Shown here: positions 38,609 through 46,175 of the stretch, piece after piece | How positions within the stretch are numbered: the first letter of the stretch is position 1 | Layout of the letters: every line of letters starts with the position of its first letter | Source of the DNA: Candidatus Micrarchaeota archaeon | GTDB lineage: Archaea > Micrarchaeota > Micrarchaeia > Anstonellales > Bilamarchaeaceae | NCBI GenBank assembly: GCA_032123335.1 | Contig: JAQBFN010000007.1 | Span: 1-46,175, forward strand | Direction: 5' to 3' | Length of the DNA: 46,175 nt | Notes under the pieces: generated by a model | Databases searched by the model: none | What the model was told of the DNA's origin: nothing | What the model saw: only the letters and a program-made list of their open reading frames with translations | Program-made: the position numbers and the translations under genes

Positions 38609-39530
38609 CTTTATCTATCTTCTGTTTTGCAATCCCTGAAAGCGAGGAAGGGGAAACTACCCCCAGCTCAGTGATGTACCCGCTTATGTACCTTGCAGCA
38701 GTCACATCGAATGCAGGATTGGATACCTTCACCTTCTTTGGCGCATTTTCCCAAACCTCTTTTGGGTTCCGCTCCTCAATCTTCTCCCTCACCCCGTACA
38801 GGGTAAGCGGGTCATACTTGTATGTTTCCGCGCATGAGAAAAATGAAACATCATAATCTTTTGCAAGATGGGCAAGCGCCCTTGTCCCCACCTTATTAAT
38901 CAAATCTCCAGTCGAGTTAATCGCATCCGCGCCCACGAGCACAATATCCGCTTTCTTGAGGTATTTTGCAACCCCCATGTCCACAGTAATGGTTACATCA
39001 ACCCCTGCGCGCGCAAGCTCAGCCGCAGTAATCCTTCCCTGGTACCTCGGCCTGGTTTCGCACGCAACCACAGTGAGCTTCTTCCCCCGCTTGTGCGCCT
39101 CCATAATCACCCCGGTAACCGTGCTTGAATGGCAGTGCGTAACTACCGTCATCCCGTCGACCAGAAGGGTCGCCCCGTAATCCTTCAGCTTCCCAATGTC
39201 TTCTTTCATCCGCTTAAGGTATTCATTTTCGCTCTTGATTACCGATTCCTTGAACTTCTTCAGGCTGTTCGTCTTAGTAGTTGCAATCTCAGAAGTAACG
39301 AATGCAATAGTTTCGTCCAGGTAATTCCTGAGCATCGGTTCGGTGGGGCGCGCCCCGGAAACCTTGAGCACCGCCTTCACAACATCAGCCTTTACTCCAT
39401 TTACAGTAGTTGCTTTGGAATCCTCAACCGCATACATTATCGCGCGCACACCCGCCTTTGCGACATTCCGCGCTCCCTGAATCTTAAGAGATTTAATATC
39501 TTTAACAGTCTGATCCACACGGCGGCTCAT
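38601..39530 (-). CDS. ribose-1,5-bisphosphate isomerase (eIF-2B family)
   Basis: IK.LKIQGA, RPTEP, THCHSSTV (catalytic Cys), ETRP.YQG, VGAD, NKVGT, NPAFDVT; coupled to AMP phosphorylase. Confidence 0.88.
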   Translation of the reverse strand: MSRRVDQTVKDIKSLKIQGARNVAKAGVRAIMYAVEDSKATTVNGVKADVVKAVLKVSGARPTEPMLRNYLDETIAFVTSEIATTKTNSLKKFKESVIKSENEYLKRMKEDIGKLKDYGATLLVDGMTVVTHCHSSTVTGVIMEAHKRGKKLTVVACETRPRYQGRITAAELARAGVDVTITVDMGVAKYLKKADIVLVGADAINSTGDLINKVGTRALAHLAKDYDVSFFSCAETYKYDPLTLYGVREKIEERNPKEVWENAPKKVKVSNPAFDVTAARYISGYITELGVVSPSSLSGIAKQKIDKGE

Positions 39531-39594
39531 GCAAACCAATCAGAAATGAGGTATAAATAGCTTTTGTTATTGATTGGAAATTGTAAATGCAATT

Positions 39595-39636
39595 TCTGTG
39601 TGGCTTTCCGCCACATCTCTCCAGGCAAGCTGGAGA
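39595..39636 (-). repeat. double-hairpin mini-element, copy C
   Basis: Reverse complement TCTCCAG-cttgc-CTGGAGA GA TGTGGC-ggaaa-GCCACA CAGA. Confidence 0.65.
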
Positions 39637-39671
39637 TCCAAAGCTAAAAAATTTTGCGAAATTTTTTATTT

Positions 39672-40955
39672 CTAGTTTCCAAACAGGCTCTGGTGCTCTT
39701 CCGCTTTCTGCGTAAGGTCCACGATTCCGCATTCATGCTCCCCCACAGGAAGCGGGATAACCCCGGATTCCCTGGTATCACTCACTTCGATTATTATCGT
39801 GGCGCTGTCCAGGGCCCTTGCCCCTGCCCTTACAGCGTCTTCAAAAGTCACGCTTTCATCCCCGGTATCAGTGGTCTCGATTGCAATCCAGTCTTGATTC
39901 CACCCCCCGAATATGCCGCTGAAGAAGCTTGAGCCCCACCTGCTGTTCCTGCTGCCCACAAGCACAAATGCGTGCCCAGGGGAAAACGCAATCGCAGTAT
40001 CATACTCCAGCTTTTCAAGTATTGCCGAGTAAAGAACTGCCCCATCCACACAGTTCATCTGTTTGTATTTAAGGGATTGGTAAGGAAGCCTCACATCCTG
40101 ATTGTAGAAGCTTTTTCCACTGTCCGTAGTGGCCACGGTGCTGGAAACATAACTTATGTTCTGGTAGCGGAGCGCATAGAAAACCGCTTCAAGCTCCGCC
40201 ATTCGTTCATCCTCCCCCCTTTGGTATGCACGGAATTCCCCATCAGGGGCAAACTTCTTTGCTTCTGAAATAATCTCTTCTATGCACGGGTCGTTATAGG
40301 TTACCCAGACCGCAATAACATCCTCCTGCCCACGCGGCGGTGCATATGTAGTTGCCTTCTCAATCTGCACAGTCTCTGAGTTGCTGTACACAGTGAGGTT
40401 GGAGCTTGAAACGCGGGTCTTGAGCATTGAGAATGTGCTTTCCCCAACCTCGTAAAACTCCTGTTTGAAATTAAGCTCCACTTCAACCTCCTTTGTTTCA
40501 TTCGGCCCCAGTTCAACCGTTTTCTCAAATGGATAGGAGTACCCTTCAATCTCTGCGCTGAAATCCACCTTCCCTGAAACATTGTCCAGGTTTGCAATCA
40601 TGCAGGTGAATGCGGGCTCGCCCAGTGCAATTTTGTAATATTCATAAGCTGGATTAATCAGGTCAGGCTCAAGGCACTCCACTTCATAATTGCAGGAGCT
40701 CACTTTCTTTTCAGCGCATGCCCCCTCTTCACAGGTTTGGATGTGGCAACCGTCCACTTCCCCGGTGCAGCTTCCATATTCCCCATCAAGCGCCTTGTGC
40801 GTGCAGGAATATTTTGTGTCTATGCTGCACAGATCTGCGGTGCAGGGATTCCCATCATCGCACCTTGAACAGTTGTCAGCCCCAACAAAATTGATAACCA
40901 TTGCCAGAAGTATTGCAACAATAAACATAGCTACGGCTATGTTGGGTTTTCCCAT
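39672..40955 (-). CDS. secreted Cys-rich transglutaminase-like protein
   Basis: Signal/TM, CDDGNPCTADLC Cys-rich segment, Ig-like middle, NCVDG...PGHAF...IETT putative Cys-His-Glu triad. Confidence 0.75.
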   Translation of the reverse strand: MGKPNIAVAMFIVAILLAMVINFVGADNCSRCDDGNPCTADLCSIDTKYSCTHKALDGEYGSCTGEVDGCHIQTCEEGACAEKKVSSCNYEVECLEPDLINPAYEYYKIALGEPAFTCMIANLDNVSGKVDFSAEIEGYSYPFEKTVELGPNETKEVEVELNFKQEFYEVGESTFSMLKTRVSSSNLTVYSNSETVQIEKATTYAPPRGQEDVIAVWVTYNDPCIEEIISEAKKFAPDGEFRAYQRGEDERMAELEAVFYALRYQNISYVSSTVATTDSGKSFYNQDVRLPYQSLKYKQMNCVDGAVLYSAILEKLEYDTAIAFSPGHAFVLVGSRNSRWGSSFFSGIFGGWNQDWIAIETTDTGDESVTFEDAVRAGARALDSATIIIEVSDTRESGVIPLPVGEHECGIVDLTQKAEEHQSLFGN

Positions 40956-40987
40956 AGGTCTTTTACGAATTCAGCATTTTTAAATAC

Positions 40988-41404
40988 TTATCTGCTGGCC
41001 AGCTTCTTCAGCGCTTCCATCGCATCCTTTTTCCGCCCATACGGAACCAGGAGGTGGTCGTGGAAATACGCAGAAAATGCATTCACGCTTATCTTTTCCT
41101 TTGCAAGAGCCTCAGTGATCTTTGCCAGGAACCCCACCGCAGCCAAATCTGAATTAATGCTCAAAGTAATCAGTGCAAAAGGGCCTGCAATCTTCTCCTC
41201 GCTAATCCCCTCAATCTCATCTTCTATTTCTTCAGAAAACATTACAGTAAGCCCCTCTTCCTCCCTGTAAATGCAGGTAATATACTCCAGGTAATTTGCA
41301 ATAACCATTATCTCGGATTCAGGGACCGAAGACAAAAAATATTTCCCATCATCCAGTTCAGGTTTCATCCCTTTCAGCAGTTTCCCCAAATCCTTTTCTC
41401 TCAT
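40988..41404 (-). CDS. ACT-domain protein (DUF2241/CASTOR-like)
   Basis: L..LL..M.P.L, REEEGLT, SDLAAVGFLA, SAYFHDHLLVP. Confidence 0.9.
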   Translation of the reverse strand: MREKDLGKLLKGMKPELDDGKYFLSSVPESEIMVIANYLEYITCIYREEEGLTVMFSEEIEDEIEGISEEKIAGPFALITLSINSDLAAVGFLAKITEALAKEKISVNAFSAYFHDHLLVPYGRKKDAMEALKKLASR

Positions 41405-41408
41405 TCAA

Positions 41409-42374
41409 TCACAGCTGATAATCGAGCCTTGTCCCATCTCCAAGGTAAACTCCCTTCTCCCTGATTACGCTCCCGATTACCTGCGCTTTCACCTTGTGCT
41501 TCTTTGCAATGCTCAGTATTTTGCTCTCTTCCTTTGCAGGAACAGCAACAACCATCCCGGTTCCCATGTTGAATGTGCGGTACATGTGCGTTTCATCATC
41601 CACCTGGTCCCAGAGCGCATTGAAAATCGGTGCAGGCTTCACAGGGTTATCAATAAAGAAACCCAAATTTTTCTTCAGCCTTGTAAGCTTGGAAAACGCC
41701 CCACCGGTAATGTGCGCAAGCCCATGCACATTGCTCTTTCTAATCATCTCAAGCACAGGCTTCACATAAATCTTCGTGGGCGTAAGCATCTTCTTCCCCC
41801 ACTTCTTCATGGGCAGCACCTTCCTTGCAAGCGTATACCCATTTGAGTGCAGCCCAGAGCTCCCCAGGCTCACCAGCACATCCCCGTATTTAATCGCGGA
41901 GCCGGTAATGTATTTCTCCACAACCCCAAGCGCAGTAAAAGCCAAATCAAACGGCCTCTTCTTCCCCCTAATCATGCTTCCCATGATTGCAGTTTCCCCG
42001 CCCACAATCGAAATATCTGATTCCTTCGCCCCCTTAACAAGCCCCTTCATAATTTCAGCAATAAGGTATTCATCCTCCTTTGAAACCGCAAGGTAATCCA
42101 CCCCTGCAAGAGGCCTCGCCCCAATGCAGATGATATCATTCACGTTCATTGCGATTGCATCAATCCCTACAGTATCGTATTTCTCAAGCTCATCCGCAAC
42201 AAGCACCTTGGTCCCAACCCCGTCCGTGTGCATTGCAAGCTTCTCCCCCTTGAAAGGTATGGTGCCCGCATAATGCCCTACAAGCGCGTTCCTGTTCCCT
42301 GCAAAAATCGCTGCATTAATTGAGTTCTGGATTTTCCTAACCCTCTTTACATCAACAGAATATCTAGCTCCCAT
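41409..42374 (-). CDS. purM: phosphoribosylformylglycinamidine cyclo-ligase
   Basis: HTDGVGTK, AMNVND, GGETA, SSGLHSNGYTL, PTKIY, AHITGG, TFNMG.G. Confidence 0.96.
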   Translation of the reverse strand: MGARYSVDVKRVRKIQNSINAAIFAGNRNALVGHYAGTIPFKGEKLAMHTDGVGTKVLVADELEKYDTVGIDAIAMNVNDIICIGARPLAGVDYLAVSKEDEYLIAEIMKGLVKGAKESDISIVGGETAIMGSMIRGKKRPFDLAFTALGVVEKYITGSAIKYGDVLVSLGSSGLHSNGYTLARKVLPMKKWGKKMLTPTKIYVKPVLEMIRKSNVHGLAHITGGAFSKLTRLKKNLGFFIDNPVKPAPIFNALWDQVDDETHMYRTFNMGTGMVVAVPAKEESKILSIAKKHKVKAQVIGSVIREKGVYLGDGTRLDYQL

Positions 42375-42409
42375 ATTGGGAATAAAAGAAGAAAAGAATT
42401 ATAAACAAC

Positions 42410-43174
42410 TCAGCAGCCCCGGAAGCCGATATGCGGCTTTTTTGGCGCTGTTGGGGCAGAACCAGGCTCTACAACTTTGGAATCATCTCTTCTAGCAGTA
42501 CCCACTCTCGAAGGTTGCAAAGCTACGGTAAGGTCCTGCTGCGCGTTTGCTTCGCCCCCGACTCTCTGGACCCTATGGCTCAGGGCAGGTCCCCTTTTCG
42601 GATCGCATTCCGCTTCAGCCCTTGCAACATCCTCATCAGTGGCGCCAAGCACTTCCTTCATAGTCATAACAAGCATTTTCCTCCGGTCCCTTACCGCCAC
42701 GTACAAATCAAATTTCCAGTTGGTGTCCAGTTCCTGAAGCAGTTCTGCAACCTTGTTGTGCTCATTCAGGAGCGCATGGGTTAACGCACTTTTCTCATAA
42801 TCATCAGTTGCATCTTTCTGTGCCCCATTTTTTACCAGCCTCCGCACAATTGCGTATTCACCTTGCTCTGCAGCCACCATCAAAAGAGTCATTCCACGAA
42901 CATCCCGCTCGTTTATGTTGTCTTTGGTTACCTCGCTCATCACTGTCCCCCATTTCCCTTCCTTTGCAACATCAAACAGGGCTCTGGTTTTTTCATTTTT
43001 TTCTGCCGCACCCCCCTTTTTCTGTTTTGCAAGCCGCTCTGCAGCTGCAGCAATTTCAGCCCCAGGGCTCCTTTGGCAGATGGTTGCCCCCATGGATTTG
43101 CGAACCATCGATGCCCCTTCTTTTTTTGGAACCGAAACAATATGTTTTCCAGCATTTCCTTTAACTTTAGTCAT
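42410..43174 (-). CDS. ankyrin-repeat protein
   Basis: GMTLLMVAAEQGEYAIVRRLVKNGA..DA.D...KSALTHALLNEHNKVAELL. Confidence 0.85.
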   Translation of the reverse strand: MTKVKGNAGKHIVSVPKKEGASMVRKSMGATICQRSPGAEIAAAAERLAKQKKGGAAEKNEKTRALFDVAKEGKWGTVMSEVTKDNINERDVRGMTLLMVAAEQGEYAIVRRLVKNGAQKDATDDYEKSALTHALLNEHNKVAELLQELDTNWKFDLYVAVRDRRKMLVMTMKEVLGATDEDVARAEAECDPKRGPALSHRVQRVGGEANAQQDLTVALQPSRVGTARRDDSKVVEPGSAPTAPKKPHIGFRGC

Positions 43175-43241
43175 ACAATTTCACACCCACAATTAAGTAA
43201 CTGTATTGTTTGCTAATCCTTAAAAAGGTGGTTGCTCGCTC

Positions 43242-44186
43242 TCAGAAAAGGAAGAAGTATGAGGCAAGGTACAGCCCAATAAGCACAATCGCCGCAAGCC
43301 TGTCGATTTTCTTTCTCCATGCAAACAGCATCACAACCAGTATTGATGCAAAAACCATATATGTGCCCGTGGCAACCGCAAGCCCCACATCCGGAAGCAC
43401 ACTGGGTGCAATAAGCGGCCCCGCAGCAAGCGCAAGAGTAGTATCTGTTATGTTGCTCCCCAATATGTTTCCCATTGCAAGCTCATCCTGCCCCCTCCGT
43501 ATTGCTGCAACAGCCACGAAAAGTTCAGGGAGGGAAGTCCCGATTGCAATAACAAAGAAGCTTATCAGGTATGTGTCAATTCCAAGTTCCGTGGACACTG
43601 CAACGGTTGAGTCAACTACCAGCACAGCCCCCACAACAACTCCAAGCAGAAACAGGGCCAATTTCCCAAAAGCAATAAACCTGTCCTTCCAGGGCCAGAA
43701 TTTCTTTGCCTCCACCCCCACAGGAGCAGCATAATCTTTTACGGTATATTTATTCGAGATGAATATCAGCACAAAATAGCTCACAATCAGAAACAGTGCA
43801 TTTGTGAATGTAATTTCCCCGCTTTCCACTACAAAGAGCGCAAGCATCGCACCCATTATTGCGCACCCACCCAGCAGGAGCACGTCTCTCCTTCCCGCAG
43901 CAACCTTCCCCCCGATAATGACCGCAAGCCCGAAAATAAGCGTAATCTGTGAAAGCGCGGAGCCGAAAATATCCCCCACATTTATTTCCGGGTGCCCCCC
44001 AACTGTGGAAACTAGGGAACTGCTTATTTCCGGAAGCGAAGTGCCCACCGAAAGCACAATAATCCCGATAAGCAACGGGGGTATATTCGCGGTTGCGGCA
44101 AGCCTTGCAGCCACATCCACGGTTTTGTCGCTTGAGAATGCGAGCAGCAGAAGCCCAGCAAGCAAGAGCGCAATCTCCACTATCAC
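43242..44186 (-). CDS. Ca2+/Na+ antiporter (YrbG/CaCA family)
   Basis: Two GTSLPE alpha repeats; GDIFGS and GNILGSN. Confidence 0.93.
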   Translation of the reverse strand: MIVEIALLLAGLLLLAFSSDKTVDVAARLAATANIPPLLIGIIVLSVGTSLPEISSSLVSTVGGHPEINVGDIFGSALSQITLIFGLAVIIGGKVAAGRRDVLLLGGCAIMGAMLALFVVESGEITFTNALFLIVSYFVLIFISNKYTVKDYAAPVGVEAKKFWPWKDRFIAFGKLALFLLGVVVGAVLVVDSTVAVSTELGIDTYLISFFVIAIGTSLPELFVAVAAIRRGQDELAMGNILGSNITDTTLALAAGPLIAPSVLPDVGLAVATGTYMVFASILVVMLFAWRKKIDRLAAIVLIGLYLASYFFLF

Positions 44187-44250
44187 ACGTTGCTTATCGC
44201 AATATGCCTTTTAAACTTCTCGTTCCATCAATTTCCCATAAGGTGTTAAT

Positions 44251-45690
44251 GTGGATATTCCTAAGGAAAATTTCTCAGATTGGTATAATGCAGTAATCAA
44301 GGAGGCTGAGCTCTGCGACCTCCGCTACAACCTCAAGGGCTTCGTAGTGATCATGCCCAACGCAGCAGATGTAATCAGCAGGATGTACCGCCTCTACGAG
44401 GATGCATTGGAAAGGAAGGGTCATCGCAAGTCCTATTTCCCTGCGCTCATTTCCGAGAAAAACCTCGAAGCTGAAAAGGAGCACGTGGAGGGATTCGCGC
44501 CCGAAGTATTCTGGGTAACGCGCGCCGGAAACAACGAGCTTGAGGAAAAGATGATTATGCGCCCCACCTCTGAAACCGCAATGTACCCCATGTACTCACT
44601 CTGGATAAACGGAAGGTGCGACCTTCCCCTGAAGGTTTACCAATCCTGCCAGGTCTGGAGGTACGAAACCAAAGCTACCAAGCCCCTAATTCGCGGAAGG
44701 GAATTCTACTGGATTGAGGCACACAATGTATTTGCAGACGAGGCTGGCGTGCTTGCCCAGGTAAATGAGGACATGGAAACCACCGAAGAAATGATTCACC
44801 AGTCTTTTGGGGTTCCGTTCATATTCTTCCAGCGCCCCCAGTGGGACAAGTTCGCAGGTGCAGTGAACACCTACGCAGCGGACACGATGATGCCGGACGG
44901 CAAAACCCTCCAGCTTCCATCCACCCACAACCTGGGAACCAATTTCGCAAAAGTATTCAACGTAAAGTACATGGATGATGATGGCGAGGAAAAGCTCGGG
45001 TGGCAGACCTGCTATGGCCCGTGCATCTCCCGCATTTTTGCAGCAACTGTTTCCATCCATGGAGACAACAAAGGAATGATTCTCCCGTTCCACCTTGCGA
45101 ATGTGCAGGTGGTGGTAGTTCCCATACTCAGGAAGGAAGGTGCAGATGCGGTAATCTCCTTTGCGCAGACCATTACCGAGCAGCTCTCCAAGAAATACAA
45201 GGTTGTTGCAGACTTTACCGAGAACACCCCCGGCTTCAAGTACAACTTCTGGGAGCTGAACGGGGCCGCAATCCGCGTGGAAATAGGTGCCCGCGACATT
45301 GAATCCAGGAAAGCAGTGGTTGTGCGCAGGGACACCAGGGAAAAGGAATTTGTTCCCTTTGACGACCTTCCCAAAAGAATTGGAGAGATTGGCGAGGAAA
45401 TGAACAACGCAATAAGGGAAAAGGCAGACGCGTGGTTCGCAACAATGCTCAAGGAAGCTGATACGCTTGAAGAGCTTAAATCAGCAGTGGAGAACGGAGG
45501 AGGATTCGTAAAGATTCCCTTTTGCACGGATGAGCTTGAAGGCGAGCGGTGCGCAGAAAAAATCAAGGAGGAATGCTCAGCAAATATCCGCGGCTCAAGA
45601 TACGATGCAAACGAAAAGCCCTCCGGGAAGAAGTGCGTAGCTTGCGGAAAGGACGCAACCACCTACCAGTATGCAGCAAGACAGTATTGA
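44251..45690 (+). CDS. proS: proline--tRNA ligase, archaeal/eukaryotic type
   Basis: FSDWY, HVEGFAPEVFWVT, RPTSET, WRYETK.T.PLIR.REF, C-terminal Cys cluster, terminal Tyr. Confidence 0.97.
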   Translation: MDIPKENFSDWYNAVIKEAELCDLRYNLKGFVVIMPNAADVISRMYRLYEDALERKGHRKSYFPALISEKNLEAEKEHVEGFAPEVFWVTRAGNNELEEKMIMRPTSETAMYPMYSLWINGRCDLPLKVYQSCQVWRYETKATKPLIRGREFYWIEAHNVFADEAGVLAQVNEDMETTEEMIHQSFGVPFIFFQRPQWDKFAGAVNTYAADTMMPDGKTLQLPSTHNLGTNFAKVFNVKYMDDDGEEKLGWQTCYGPCISRIFAATVSIHGDNKGMILPFHLANVQVVVVPILRKEGADAVISFAQTITEQLSKKYKVVADFTENTPGFKYNFWELNGAAIRVEIGARDIESRKAVVVRRDTREKEFVPFDDLPKRIGEIGEEMNNAIREKADAWFATMLKEADTLEELKSAVENGGGFVKIPFCTDELEGERCAEKIKEECSANIRGSRYDANEKPSGKKCVACGKDATTYQYAARQY

Positions 45691-45698
45691 GGAAAACC

Positions 45699-46175
45699 AT
45701 GAAAGTTCTGATAACAGGGACCCCGGGAACAGGAAAAACCGAAGTTGCAAAGGAGCTGGGCGCAATTACCGGATGGGATGTTTTCCACATCTCAGAAATT
45801 GCAGAGGAAGCCCAGGCAATGGGAGGGGCTGGAAACGAGAAAGAGGTGGATGTGCACAAGCTCTGCGCCTACATAACCCCCCTGCTCAAGGACAAGGAGG
45901 ATGTAATTTTTGAAGGGCATTTAGGATGCGAAATCCCCTGCCCCGCGGAGCTGGTAGTTGTGCTCCGCACAAACCCCGAAGAGCTGGAGAAAAGAATGGA
46001 AAAGCGGGGCTACGCAAAGGAAAAAATAGACGAAAACATAATGGCTGAGCTCCTGGACTACTGCTACCAGCTTTCCGAGAGGAATTATTCCTGTGGATTA
46101 GTGGAGCTCGATACCTCCGAAAGAACAGCAGAGGAATCCGCAAAAAGAATCTATTCGTACATAAGCGGGGACCTG
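45699..46175 (+). CDS. archaeal adenylate kinase, AK6/Fap7 type (partial, runs off the window; absent from ORF track)
   Basis: MKVLITGTPGTGKT...VIFEGH...VVLRTNP..L..R...RGY..EKI.EN..AE. Confidence 0.9.
   Translation, partial: MKVLITGTPGTGKTEVAKELGAITGWDVFHISEIAEEAQAMGGAGNEKEVDVHKLCAYITPLLKDKEDVIFEGHLGCEIPCPAELVVVLRTNPEELEKRMEKRGYAKEKIDENIMAELLDYCYQLSERNYSCGLVELDTSERTAEESAKRIYSYISGDL

Noticed and set aside
38601-39530. Translation factor eIF-2B or MtnA
   Set aside because: THCHS motif and coupling to AMP phosphorylase favour R15P isomerase
1-46175. CRISPR array, prophage or IS transposase
   Set aside because: No regularly spaced repeats and no integrase, capsid or transposase motifs in any ORF

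Overview
Gene-dense archaeal chromosomal segment with no prophage, CRISPR or transposase. Evidence for an archaeal origin: TATA-like boxes about 20-30 nt before many starts, GGTG-type SD sites, BHB tRNA introns, Pop5, an AK6-type kinase and a C1-G72 tRNA-Tyr. The gene mix and the many orphans suggest a DPANN archaeon, probably Ca. Micrarchaeota (inference). The window holds about 46 CDS: cysS, proS, rtcA, trmI, pop5; purE, purM and bacterial-type purH; AMP phosphorylase with ribose-1,5-bisphosphate isomerase; class II HMG-CoA reductase with a polyprenyl-P GlcNAc-1-P transferase; DtxR-FeoA/feoB with a clear operator; lemA-htpX; and several surface proteins, lipoproteins and orphans. There are five tRNAs (Lys-CTT, iMet, Ala-TGC, Asp-GTC, Tyr-GTA). 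The most notable signals not explained by these genes are: (1) a dispersed 42-48 nt double-hairpin element in three copies whose stems differ in sequence but share one architecture, one copy being a precise insertion relative to an empty paralogous site; (2) a tRNA-Ala intron containing a second complete BHB (nested intron); (3) a candidate structured ncRNA upstream of the dtxR-feoB operon; (4) an in-frame TGA in a membrane-protein gene; (5) a kinase fusion with reversed domain order. All calls were made by eye; no database searches were run.
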